Below, piece after piece: positions 43,450-55,519 of a stretch of DNA of 64,000 bases. The notes below the pieces were generated by a model. The model was not told the DNA's origin. It made no database searches and was given only the letters and a program-made list of their open reading frames with translations. Origin of the DNA: Macrostomum hystrix. Taxonomy: Eukaryota; Animalia; Platyhelminthes. A program made the position numbers and the translations under genes. Each line of letters opens with the position of its first letter. Position 1 is the stretch's first letter. The DNA is taken from positions 17,546,001 through 17,610,000 of the forward strand of contig CATNEN010000001.1 in NCBI GenBank assembly GCA_950097015.1, read 5' to 3'.

Positions 43450-46371
43450 ATGATACTAGAGAGCCAACCAATTCCAACAATACTGACACGAGCAGTGTTT
43501 CTCAAAAAGCAAAAACTAACCGTGAAAGGCAGTAGCACTAAATTTAACAATGAAGAACTAACTATTTTACATTTAAACTGCAATAGCATCTGGAATAAAA
43601 TCTGGGAACTTAGAGACTACATGAGAAATCATAACATTGATATAGCACTACTATCTGAGACAACTCTCAAGGAACCTGACAACGTCAATTTTCCCGGTTA
43701 CTCAACCATCAGACTCGACACTCTTCACTGTAGACGTGGTCTACTCATTGCTCACCGAGAATTCATCAAAATCTGCACTGCCAGTGCACACTATGACGGC
43801 ACCAACCATGAATACATCTCTATCACCATCGACACCAAGGGCAACGGCAACGGACTGCAACATCTCACCATCTCACTCTTCTATAGGGCACCACTTCCGG
43901 ATACTCTCAACACCAGCATTCTTGATTCACTCCTCTCATCAACCCACAGCTTGATACTCGGCGATTTCAACTGTAGAATGGCTGCACTCCAGGGCGATAG
44001 CCCAGAAAACTATCCCGGAAAGCAACTTTATCAGTGGCTCATTGACTCTGATTCACCTCCCGTTCTTCTCAATGAACCAGGACAATACACACGTTACGCA
44101 AAAAGAGCTGAAAAACATCTGGGTAATGTGCTCGACCTAGGTATCTGCACAACAGACCTTGCACCATACATCAGTCACTTTGAAGTAATAGACGACCTCA
44201 ACAGTGACCACCTCCCTCAACTCGTCAAAATAGCAATCAAACCAAAGAACAAAAAACCACTAGGTACACCTAAATGCTACACTAAAACAGACTGGGAAAA
44301 ATTTCACATAGAACTAGAAGACAACATCACAACATTGTGGAACAACGACTTCAACGCGAGAACTACAAGCGAGATCGACGATGCCATCGACACCTTCACA
44401 GACGTCATCAAACTCACCATCGACAAGGTAGTGCCTAACTACAACACCAGGGAAGAACTACCACAGAACATCCTTCAACTCATCAGGAATAGGCGTAGAC
44501 TAAGGAAAATGTATCACCAAACGAGGATAGACGAATTCCGAGTCTCAGCCAACGAGCTCGCATCTCAGATAAGGAAGGAAATTCAACACTTCAGAGTCAA
44601 AAAATTCAACAGCCTCTGCACCAAAATTACACAAGCCAGTCTCAAATTCAACAACAATAAATTTTGGAGGGACATCCGAATTATAATGGGCACCAACAGG
44701 CAACCAACTAAATTTCCAAATATAGTATACAATAACACTACTGCCATCACGGATTATGATAAAGCTAACCTACTAGCAAAGTCACTTAGCGACAAAATGA
44801 GGCCAGAAACAAGTACCTCTAGAAGATTCACCAACAAAGTGGCCTCCATCACCAGCAATAGCACCATCTTCCAACCACTAGAGAACCCAGACCCAAACCA
44901 ACTCCAATCAGAGGAAACCAACACCTACCTCACTGAACCAATCCGAATAGCAGACGTCACCTGGGAACTGGCCCACCTTAGGTCGGGAGGAGCCCCAGGC
45001 CCTGATGACATCCCCAACATCATCCTCAAAAAGGGCCTTAGTCCGTCATCTATCATAGTACTCACCAAAATTATGGACAACTGTCTCAAACTAGGCTATT
45101 TCCCAAAAGCCTGGAAAAGAGCCCATACCACAATGCTCCACAAACCAGATAAACCTAGAAAAGACCCGCTCAGCTACAGACCCATCAGCCTCACCTCCTG
45201 TATAGGAAAAGTGTTTGAGAAAATACTAAAAAAGAGACTGTACAAATTCATAGAGGAAAACAACACACTTGGTCATAACCAATGTGCATACAGAGAGAAG
45301 CACTGCTCGTATGACAACTTAGCCAGACTAGTACATGACATAATGGAGGGAAAAACCAAAAATAGATCAACCATCGGAGTGTTCTTTGATGTGGAAGGGG
45401 CCTTCGACAAAATCTGGCATGATGCACTGCGATATAGGCTCCACAAAATCAAACTGCCCATCAGATTAACCAGGATCTTTTCCAACTACATGTCAGACCG
45501 TGAGATTGCTGTTAGAGTAAACGGTCAACTCAGTGACTACTTCACACCTGAGGCTGGTGTTCCTCAGGGAGGAGTGCTCAGCCCAATCCTCTTCCTCATT
45601 GTGGTTGCCACAATGCCCAAACCCAAAGACATCAGGGTCAGAGCCAGCCAATTTGCAGATGACACCTCGATTTGGTGCCAATCACTCAAAGCCAGTGTAG
45701 CTGGCAAACTCATTCAGGATTTTATAGAAGACTACCAAAAATGGCTGAGCAAATATGGTATCAAGGTCAACCCAAGTAAAAGTAAGGCCATCGCCTTCAT
45801 CCACAAAACCAAAAACTTTGGTCAGCCCCCACCCATCACCTTCAACGGCACCATCATCAACTATCATCCCAGCGTCAAGTTCCTCGGAGTCACGCTGGAC
45901 ACTCAACTCATCCTCTCAGGACACTGCTTCAACATCCTAAGGACCTGCGACGCCCGCGTTCTGCAACTTCATCGAGTTGCTCAGCTCACCAAGGCCACCA
46001 CCAGCTCACTCATCGCCATCTACAGAGCCTACATCGAAAGCATCATCACCTATGCCTCACCCATCCTCACCCTGCTTAGTAAGCACTACGTAGATAGACT
46101 GCAAATCATCCAGAATCGCGCACTGCGTCTCTGCCACGATGCACCGAAATATTGCAAAAATGCTCTACTAAGAAAGCTCTCTAAAGTTGAACCAATTAGG
46201 ACCAGAATTAATGACCTAGCCAGTAGGTGGTTCCTGCGAGCTAGCGCTAACAAAATTCATGGACTTGATAGCGTACCAGACATCTACCTAGCAAAAAGGA
46301 CCAGAGTACCTGTGTTCCAACAACTAAAGTTAATCAGTGGTGAACTAGAAAAACAGAGAGGAAACTCTTAA
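43450..46371 (+). CDS. LINE ORF2p, 973 aa: APE endonuclease + reverse transcriptase, no RNase H
   Basis: LNCN, LSET, ILGDFN, NSDH; APGPDDIPN, YRPISLTS, FDVEGAFD, GVPQGGVLSP, QFADD, VKFLGVTLD; Jockey-like tail LQIIQNRALR..APKY..N. Confidence 0.97.
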   Translation: MILESQPIPTILTRAVFLKKQKLTVKGSSTKFNNEELTILHLNCNSIWNKIWELRDYMRNHNIDIALLSETTLKEPDNVNFPGYSTIRLDTLHCRRGLLIAHREFIKICTASAHYDGTNHEYISITIDTKGNGNGLQHLTISLFYRAPLPDTLNTSILDSLLSSTHSLILGDFNCRMAALQGDSPENYPGKQLYQWLIDSDSPPVLLNEPGQYTRYAKRAEKHLGNVLDLGICTTDLAPYISHFEVIDDLNSDHLPQLVKIAIKPKNKKPLGTPKCYTKTDWEKFHIELEDNITTLWNNDFNARTTSEIDDAIDTFTDVIKLTIDKVVPNYNTREELPQNILQLIRNRRRLRKMYHQTRIDEFRVSANELASQIRKEIQHFRVKKFNSLCTKITQASLKFNNNKFWRDIRIIMGTNRQPTKFPNIVYNNTTAITDYDKANLLAKSLSDKMRPETSTSRRFTNKVASITSNSTIFQPLENPDPNQLQSEETNTYLTEPIRIADVTWELAHLRSGGAPGPDDIPNIILKKGLSPSSIIVLTKIMDNCLKLGYFPKAWKRAHTTMLHKPDKPRKDPLSYRPISLTSCIGKVFEKILKKRLYKFIEENNTLGHNQCAYREKHCSYDNLARLVHDIMEGKTKNRSTIGVFFDVEGAFDKIWHDALRYRLHKIKLPIRLTRIFSNYMSDREIAVRVNGQLSDYFTPEAGVPQGGVLSPILFLIVVATMPKPKDIRVRASQFADDTSIWCQSLKASVAGKLIQDFIEDYQKWLSKYGIKVNPSKSKAIAFIHKTKNFGQPPPITFNGTIINYHPSVKFLGVTLDTQLILSGHCFNILRTCDARVLQLHRVAQLTKATTSSLIAIYRAYIESIITYASPILTLLSKHYVDRLQIIQNRALRLCHDAPKYCKNALLRKLSKVEPIRTRINDLASRWFLRASANKIHGLDSVPDIYLAKRTRVPVFQQLKLISGELEKQRGNS

Positions 46372-47136
46372 AAAAGCCCAGATGGTTCGCGAAAAATTAA
46401 CTAAAGTCCAACGTAATGAACTAATGTAAAATACAATACGTACTTCACTTACTTTGCTTACTTTGCTTACTTTGCTCACTTTGCCTAACTAATCACATGC
46501 AACTAGTAATTAATATTGACGGGGTTGACAATGAAACCAAAAGGAGTAGAACAAAAAATTGAGTCCCAGTTCTAGACAAATCTACCACACAAGTATGTCA
46601 TGGTAATCTTGACTGTCATCATCAAACCGAGACGTGGGACGTTCCCTGCAGTTAGAATAATCTACCACAGGTTACCAGTGAACCACAAACACTGGGCCAG
46701 TGAATACAAATTAATGTATATCGGCTTAACTTCGCACCTAACGGCCGTGGACTAGCCTGCCCCAGCTCACCGTAAAAAATAGAAGGCTAGCCCAGGTCAC
46801 CTCACCGTGCCATGAGTCCGGCTAGACGAGTGCAGCTCATGAGCTCCCTGTGGGAACGTGAAGCGTGGGAACCCCATGATGAAGCGTGGTTGGCTGGGAG
46901 GGGTTGTTTACGCGAACTTGGGAACGAACTAGACGATGGTGCCATACATCCCTATTTGAGCGGGGGACAAAGGGGAACGAGCTGTTTTTCCTCTTCCCAC
47001 CAAAACTCGAATAGTAAAGAGCTCATCGAGTCAAAACTTCAAATCTAATTCTATATCCTATACTAGCTAGAATTGTTAAATAGAAACCTTTTTTATTAGC
47101 TCAAATAAGAACTGACAGGTAAGCCAAGTTTAGGTG

Positions 47137-47305
47137 CCCATGTCGGTTTAATATTTTCCTATTTGTAATAATGTATTGTAAGAGTTTGTGGCATGTCAAA
47201 ATCAATCCATATTTGTTATTTGACCCATGTCGGTTTAATATTTTCGTATTTGTAATAATGTATTGTAAGAGTTTGTGGCATGTCAAAATCAATCCATATT
47301 TGTTA
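47137..47305 (+). repeat. 87-bp tandem duplication
   Basis: CCCATGTCGGTTTAATATTTT...AATCCATATTTGTTA occurs twice. Confidence 0.9.
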
Positions 47306-48974
47306 CTGCTGTATAATAGTGTACATAGTTGGAAATTGCTGGTATTATAAATATTACTATCAATATTAATAGTAGTAATAGCTCATTAATGCTGCCTGCT
47401 AAACAAGCTTTTCATGCAGATCTAAACAGTGGCATACATAGCCTAGAAATCCATTCCAGGGGTCATTACTGTCTCGGGTGTCACGGCAAGCTCATGCTGA
47501 TAATTTTCACTAATTTTTGGTGCTCAGAATTCTGATGATTAATTGTAATGGGGCTCCAACCCCTTCAGCAGCAAAGTGCTGCTGAAGAACATGTTATCTC
47601 ACAACAGCCAAACAGTAGGACAGTCCATCTTTTTCCTAGATAGACTAGACTGCAAATTGTTAAATAAAACAGTCAGTATATTGCACTTTATAGATGTGCT
47701 ATTAAAATCAATGAGGATAATGTACATTGCACTCTTTAGAAGTGCTGTAAGCCTCAGTAGAAAGCTTTTTAATGTAGATTGATATAGCTATTATGTGCTG
47801 TATTCATTTTAACCACTTGCATTTAACATAGTGCTGTGAAGCTAAAGTCTTAAAAATTGACCAAAGCTCTGAATACCTTGCACTCAAAATCTATGGACAC
47901 TTCTGGAAACCTTCTCGCTTGGCAAAAATGGATAAAAATATAGGTAGGGTCAGCTGTCAACTCACTATTTAAATCTGAGATCCATATTTGCCATCTGGTG
48001 TGCCTGATAATCTTTTGTATACAGCTATTTTGCTACTATACAAGGTGAGATCCTTGTGTTTTAGCATTATAAAATGTTTACAATAGAGAGCCAATTCCAG
48101 TTAAAAAATTAACAATATCTATTATATTTTACATGTAAATCAAAAGCACACACTCCATTACAAAAAAATATTTTCATATGTGTTCAATGTGGTCTATGAC
48201 AACAACAGCAGCACTGATTATAGCTAGTTATGTCTAAATATATATATTTATTCCATCCTTAAACTGAAAGAATTCCTCTAGCCAAATAGGGTTGTAATTG
48301 TAACATTTATTCCAAAAAATCATATATTAGCTAAATTTAAGCTAAGAAATTTGTTTCTTCATATAGGACTAGCTACTTCTGTTCTGTCCTCTTCAAAAAA
48401 GACTTAAATTTTTTAAAGATTCACATAGGGCATAGCTATAGCTATGCTATAGCAAATGTTTACAAGAAACTCACAGATAGTTCACACAAATGATATATAT
48501 ATGTGATCCTACATTACTACTGTTTGTTGTATCTGACTTTCTATCTAATTTTTAATATAAAAATTCGAACTTTATTGCGAATTTTTTAATGCAGAAACCA
48601 AATTAATTGTCCTTCTATGCATGATATTAGATCATTGGTATATTAAAGTGATAGACTTTACCCAACTTTTAGAGTAAAATTTAAACTTACTAGTAAATAT
48701 TTAAGAATTTGATGAAGAAAATCAAGTATGATTATCTTAAACAATAAAGCTATTAAGTGGCAAAGTTTTGGTATTTTCTTAGAAAAGAAAAACTCTTTTA
48801 TGTGTCCAAAGAGGCCAGGTAATATTTGAACTGACAAACTCACCTATAACTTACATATACTGCTATAGCTACCTCACCGTTGTTTACTGGTACAACACTT
48901 CCTTGAATCATGTTTGTTAATTTCCAAGAAACATAATTTGCGTGATTAACGAGTTTGGCAATACATAATTTCAG

Positions 48975-50072
48975 GGTTCAAAGAAAAAATCGGCCGGGCG
49001 TAAAAAAGGTCGGGCCGACGCCCGTCCCTTGCGGGCCCCGCCCCGCCCCCCGCCACCGCCAACGCTGCCATCGCCACCGCCATCGCCGCCACCGTCCAGG
49101 CCGGCCACCAGGGCTTCTTATGCCCGGGTGGCCGGCGCTCCCCCCCCGATCCCGACCCAGCCTGCCCCTGCCCCAGTCCGCCCTCTTCTCCCCGCCCAAC
49201 CCAACCTTCCAGCCCGCCCCATCCCTCCTCAACCCAACCCAGGCCCACAACCCACCCTCACCACCCCTGCCCCAGTCGGCCAACCGCCCCGTCCAGCCCG
49301 CCCCATCCCTCCTCAACCCAACCCAGGCCCACAACCCACCCTTACCACCCCTGCCCCAGTCGGCCAACCCCCCCTTCCAGCCCGTCCCATCCCTCCCCAA
49401 GCCAACCCAGGCCCAGCCCACCCTCCCCCCCATCCCCAACAGCAGCAGCAGACTCGCCGCGGCCGCCCTCATCGGGGAGGCCGCAAGTGGCGAAGTTGGA
49501 AGATAAATGTGAGTTTCTGTGCCTTTAATAGTGTTGTTGACAGTGACCCTCCTAACTCTATAAATTAATTCTTCAGTGCAGTCAATAGCAGGAATATGCA
49601 TTTATTCGTTGATTCGGGGTTTTGGGATTTACAGCTTTGATCCCAGATCCCAAGTCCTTCTCTGATCCCAAATCCTTCTCCAAAATCCCACTTAGTCAGT
49701 TATCGACTTTATCATGCAATCATCCCCGTTCATTAGTTATCCCATTTCATGAGTTATCCCCGTTTATCAGTTATACAGTTATACAGGATTGTACTAACAA
49801 CCGTCCTTGCTCTATATTTTTTGTTTTAAAAATTTGCAGAGAGACAGCGTGCGAGCTTACCTGCTCCTGATGGAGCAGGTAAAGCTGCGCAGCCTTTCGG
49901 CGTATTGCCGAGGGTGAGTTAACTTTTTGTCAATGTTAATTTCACAGCTAATGATGGAATTCTCTAAATCGATTCAATTACCAGAAGGCCTTGTATTTTG
50001 CAGAAATTTTGGATTCATGCCACCGTGGCATTGGGGCCCGGGCGGGCCCGGTGGTGGGGGCATCGCTTTCTG
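48975..50072 (+). CDS. Putative spliced gene fragment, proline-rich and basic; predicted exons 48975-49508, 49840-49913, 50004-50072
   Basis: Three GC-rich blocks, each with a YAG acceptor and GTGAGT donor, splice in frame; contains an 84-bp internal repeat; start and stop exons not identified. Confidence 0.4.
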
Positions 50073-50329
50073 GTGAGTTCTGGCTTCTGCCAACAAATAA
50101 ATACGCTATTTTCTGTCTATGTGTGCCTGATCCTGTCTATCTGCCCTGCCCCTGTGTAAATCGGGCAATTTCATTGGCCACAAGTCTTAGAAAAAAGGAA
50201 GAAATGAGCTCCGCTTCCAGTCCAAATTTAAATTTTAAAATGTGACTAGCAATTAAGCCGCCCCGAGTTATTCAGTTATTCAAAAATTCGTCACTAACTA
50301 AATTCGTCACTTCGTCAGATATCCCTTTA

Positions 50330-50570
50330 AGCAGCTATCCCCTTTCACCAGTTATCCCCCATCTACAGTTATCCCATGTCGGCAGAAATCCCATTTCATC
50401 AGATAGCCCACTTCAGGAGTAATCCCACATAACCTGTTATCTTACTTCAGCAGTTATCCAATGTCAGCAGTTATCTAACTTCATCAGTAATTCAACTTCT
50501 GCAGTTTTCCCAGTGCAGCAGTTATCCCACTTCAGCAGTTATCCCACATCAGCAGTTATCCCACATCAGG
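50330..50570 (+). repeat. Degenerate ~19-bp repeats (CAGCAGTTATCCCACWT)
   Basis: Recurrent CAGTTATCC core. Confidence 0.7.
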
Positions 50571-51581
50571 GGTAGCAGGGGTGGTGGGGTAGCAGGGGCC
50601 ATCAGATTAGCGAGTTTAAAAAATATGTTTATCCAGACGCAAATGTATTTTATCTTCAAGGGCAATAAATTTCGAAGGTCCCAGCGAAAAAAGTAAATTT
50701 CTATGTGCATCCGTTTAACAAAGACATCGCTTAGAAAAGTGGCCTTTAATAAAATTTACAGTCTTTAAGTGTCGCGTCCTTCTACTCTAGTAGTCCTTGC
50801 AAATAACTACTAATTTTGACTACTAACTAAACTTTTCCGTTTAGCTTCCAGTGCAGATGCTGCTATATAGGGGTCCTTTGACTAAACCCTTCTCACACCG
50901 AGCCAAACTAACGGCCGTTTAATTTATCGATCCTTCCAAACCAAAAATATTTGTCAGTCATTTAACACCCACCCCATTCCCAAAACCCCATATTCGCGTG
51001 CGATTCGCTGTGATTCATTTAATGACACCCACCCCATTTCCCAAACCCCATAATCGCGTGTCCTCTCTGTCTTGAGGCTCCTGGCTTGCCTATTATGGTG
51101 TCCTGCATATCACACCATCTATTTAACACAAGACCAGAAAAAGACGCTCGTTCAGTCTCGACTCTCAAACTATTTTGTCATTAGACAGTGGACTTGTTGA
51201 TTCTACTAAGAAAGAAAATTGTTTATCGAATCTAATAAACTTCAGTACATCTTTATTTTTATAACGTTGAGATTTGCAAAGACTATCTGAGATTGAGAAA
51301 AACAGAATAACTCTGAGAAGAACATATTCTCATCGCATTCTCCTTAACTCTCCTCTTTATTAAAGACCAAGGAACAACTAAACATCATTATTTCGTTTCT
51401 TTTATTAAAAATGGCTAATTTTGTTGACTATATTATTGACTATTTTCGTATTGCGGATTGTTTATATTGTTCATTGTTTAATTCGGGCAGACAGGAGTGA
51501 GGGGCAGAGAGGAGAGAATTGAGATCATGGGATTAGAATTGAGATCATGGGATTGGAAAGGGGATCGTGGGATTGGAAAGT

Positions 51582-51995
51582 GGTCAGTGCCCTCCTTGCT
51601 AGAGAGGGGTCAGTGCCCTCCCTGCTAGAGAGGGGTCAGTGTCCTCCCTGCTAGAGGGGCCAGTTCCCTCCCTGCTAGAGTGATCAGTGCCCTCCCTGCT
51701 AGAGAGGGGTCAGTGCCCTCCCTGCTAGAGGGGCCAGTTCCCTCCCTGCTAGAGTGATCAGTGCCCTCCCTGCTAGAGAGGGGTCAGTGCCCTCCCTGCT
51801 AGAGGGGCCAGTTCCCTCCCTGCTAGAGTGATCAGTGCCCTCCCTGCTAGAGAGGGGTCAGTGCCCTCCCTGCTAGAGGGGCCAGTTCCCTCCCTGCTAG
51901 AGTGATCAGTGCCCTCCCTGCTAGAGAGGGTTCAGTGCCCTCCCTGCTAGAGAGGGGTCAGTGCCCCCCTGTTATAGAGGGGACCAGTGCCCTCA
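51582..51995 (+). repeat. 24-27-bp minisatellite (CAGTGCCCTCCCTGCTAGAG...) with a three-unit higher-order pattern
   Basis: Seen directly in the sequence. Confidence 0.9.
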
Positions 51996-54309
51996 GGCAA
52001 GCAGGCAGGCAGGCAGGTAGGCAGACAGACAGGTAGACAGACAGGACAGGAGCAGATATCTACCCCATACTTTACTTGTATGGCTTACTAAATCTAGCCC
52101 AAATCTACCAAACCCAACCCCACCCAATGCAGCCTCCTCTCCACTCCACCCTAGCTCTCCACCCTCTAAGCTTCTACTCTTCTACTTACACTTCCACTTC
52201 TTCCATGTGTTCATAAGCCATGACCCATGTGCTCAAATCTCTATCTGGCCTACAAGATAAAAATGGTTACCAACCCTGTCCTAATAGGTCAGTGTCCATA
52301 GATCTTATATTCCCTAGATAACCTACTCCCCATTCAAGCAATATGAAAAATGTGATCCCACCAAAAACATTTAATAAACCTGACCATGTCCATGCTCACT
52401 CAGAGCTCAAGTTCAGTAGCTATGGGACATAGGCAGTTATTTTTGTTTGGATGGCATTAAAAAGATGTAGCAGAAATTTTTTTAGTTGCCAATGTTTCCT
52501 ACCTGTGTGAGCTATGCTCAGCAGCAAATAGATGGTGCCAGAGATTAAACTCATGTAGCTGCTGCATGAGGGGCTGCGGCACCCAAGTGCCACAGGGCCA
52601 CAGGGATCCTTTTCCCTTCCTCCCATTCCTATTCACTCACATTTCTATCCTTCTAGCTTACATAGAATTGTAGTCTACACTTTGACAGCACTTCATATGG
52701 CAAAATAAGATTAAACCACTCACTCAAGTGGTAAAACCAAACACCAACTTCTCCATTTGGTTTGAAGATACATGAAAATCATTGTTAGGTTTTAGATGAA
52801 ACCTAGTTACAGGAATAACTTTTTTCTATTTGACAAAATAGCAAAAGCAGACACTTTTTAGAAAGATGTAACTGTTTTCTATAACTTGGCTTTTGATTTA
52901 TCATCATATCTTAAATAGAAAATCTGTAGCTTAGGTTCGAAGTTAAAAAATACACATTCTTGTTGGGTTGATGATACATTACCCTATAGATGACAGATGT
53001 TAGACTTTGGTTCCAATTTTCTTATTTCTTCCCCTCATTTTATTCAATCTTTCATTTAAAAGCACAATTCTTTTAAATATGTGACCTATGAAGTGGGTGC
53101 AAATTGGCAAGTATACCATACTGATCATACCATTTTTGGAAGTGGATATACAATAGTCAATTAGTTTACTTTGGATTACATATTCCACTAATTATCAATT
53201 CAATCATAGAATTAAGCCCTACGGAATTTTCTTAGAGCTACAGAAAAAAGGCCAAACTGCAATGGCAACACTAGTCCTTGATCCTAGGCTCCCAGCTCAT
53301 AGATCCCATATCCCAGTAGTTGCTTGGTAATCTTAATAAGAATTTATATTCCTGGGTCCCTATTTCATTTAGAATAATTCATTGTTTCTATACAATTATG
53401 ACAAGTTGCCAGCCAAAAAGCTATGCATATAGACTAATGGACCTAATATACAGGCTTTTTATTCTAATTTTAAGACTTGTTAAGATAAGCATAAACTCTG
53501 TAGCCTATGTAAAAAAGGCTTGGATAGCTCACTATTTATAATGCACTGAAACTTAATACTCTTAGAAGTCTACATTTTAATACATAAATGGAATGTGGGT
53601 GCATTCATTTAGTGATGATCATAGCAGGTCACATATTAGCTATGAGCCGAGCTGACAAGTTAGGACAGTGGCACTGGGTTGAGAGCAGTAGATTCATATT
53701 GTTTGAGTTAAACACTTCGAATGTGCAAGTCAAACATAAAACAAACAACAGACTCATACTGCCTCCCCAAGCCTGTGATTAGCAGTAACACTTGTCCAGC
53801 TCTGCACATTACTTCATATTGTATTCTGCTAAATTTCAATATTCTCCGCTTTCACATTATGCCTCGCTTTTATACTGTGAAACAAGCTATTTATAACTTG
53901 ACGTACCATTGTTCTCATAGAAAATGACCGCGAAACGTTAATTTAAATGGTCCCTCATAACATACAGTGCAGAAACCATCTTTCCTAGAAAGCAAGTCGT
54001 TTCATAACGTAACTGTTGTTGCTCGGTCGTATAAAATCTCATTCTAATTGTGACTTTCCAATGCTCATTTAAATGGGCCAACTTTTCTACAGAGCATGCT
54101 TTAGAACACATTATTGTTATTGCTTACTAATAAAAAACTTTCGCTCGGGGAAACTGTTAACTTTCATTGCCTCCCAATCATCATTCTAATTTTTGAAATT
54201 ATTCCTTTAATCCTACTTCTAAGTTGGAATTCTATTTTCCTAATTGAAATTTTCTCCTAATTTTAAATTTCATTTAAAGCATTTAATGCATTGTTGCAAA
54301 ATGGATGCT

Positions 54310-54314
54310 CCGCC

Positions 54315-54356
<42 letters not shown>
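54310..54356 (+). repeat. (CCG)n microsatellite
   Basis: CCGCCACCG...(CCG)n run. Confidence 0.9.
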
Positions 54357-54357
<1 letters not shown>

Positions 54358-54541
54358 GTCGCTGCTGAACGGCGGCGCCTACGGCGGCTACGATCCGGAA
54401 ATCTGCGGCTTGTGTATCCGTTTTCAGCACAATACAAAAATTGAACTTGATTGCATTGATTGATTGATTGAACTTGATTGAACTTGATTGAAGTTGATTG
54501 CATACACTGCAATGTAACCTGATGGGGAGGAGTTTGAGGAG

Positions 54542-55519
54542 TTATGTAATCATCGTGTGCCCATCGGTCAATTAGCAGGTTGAAATATCTAAGCCTTTTG
54601 CTTTATGTAATCATCGTGTGCCCATCGGTCAATTAGCAGGTTTGAAATATCTAAGCCTTTTGCTTTATGTAATCATCGTGTGCCCATCGGTCAATTAGCA
54701 TGTTTGAAATATCTAAGCCTTTTGCTTTATGTAATCATCGTGTGCCCATCGGTCAATTAGCATGTTTGAAATATCTAAGCCTTTCGCTTTATGTAATCAT
54801 CGTGTGCCCATCGGTCAATTAACATGTTTGAAATATCTAAGCCTTTTGCTTTATGTAATCATCGTGTGCCCATCGGTCAATTAGCAGGTTTGAAATATCT
54901 AAGCCTTTTGCTCTATGTAATCATCGTGTGCCCATCGGTCAATTAGCAGGTTGAAATATCTAAGCCTTTTGCTTTATGTAATCATCGTGTGCCCATCGGT
55001 CAATTAGCAGGTTTGAAATATCTAAGCCTTTTGCTTTATGTAATCATCGTGTGCCCATCGGTCAATTAGCATGTTTGAAATATCTAAGCCTTTTGCTTTA
55101 TGTAATCATCGTGTGCCCATCGGTCAATTAGCATGTTTGAAATATCTAAGCCTTTTGCTTTATGTAATCATCGTGTGCCCATCGGTCAATTAACATGTTT
55201 GAAATAACTAAGCCTTTTGCTTTATGTAATCATCGTGTGCCCATCGGTCAATTTGCATGTTTGAAATATCTAAGCCTTTTGCTTTATGTAATCATCGTGT
55301 GCCCATCGGTCAATTAGCATGATTGAAATATCTAAGCCTTTTGCTTTATGTAATCATCGTGTGCCCATCGGTCAATTAACATGTTTGAAATATCTAAGCC
55401 TTTTGCTCTATGTAATCATCGTGTGCCCATCGGTCAATTAGCAGGTTTGAAATATCTAAGCCTTTTGCTTTATGCAATCATCGTGTGCCCATCGGTCAAT
55501 TAGCATGTTTGAAATATCT
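54542..55519 (+). repeat. 62-bp satellite, ~16 copies
   Basis: TTATGTAATCATCGTGTGCCCATCGGTCAATTAGCA.GTTTGAAATATCTAAGCCTTTTGCT repeated. Confidence 0.97.

Larger units (their letters stand above)
39781..47045 (+). mobile_element. Apparently intact non-LTR retrotransposon (Jockey/I-group-like) with an AlkB domain in ORF1; ends approximate
   Basis: Long 5'UTR, uninterrupted ORF1 (AlkB + 3 CCHC), 68-nt spacer, uninterrupted ORF2 (APE-RT) and a structured downstream region. No clear poly(A) tail or TSD found. Confidence 0.9.

Noticed and set aside
46372-47100. Poly(A) tail and target-site duplication for the intact LINE
   Set aside because: No convincing A-tail or matching flanking duplication found, so the element ends remain approximate.
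54301-54444. 47-aa ORF ending RRLRSGNLRLVYPF, reminiscent of an adenoviral fibre-tail motif
   Set aside because: Only a few residues match, the ORF is mostly a (CCG)n microsatellite, and no other viral genes are present.
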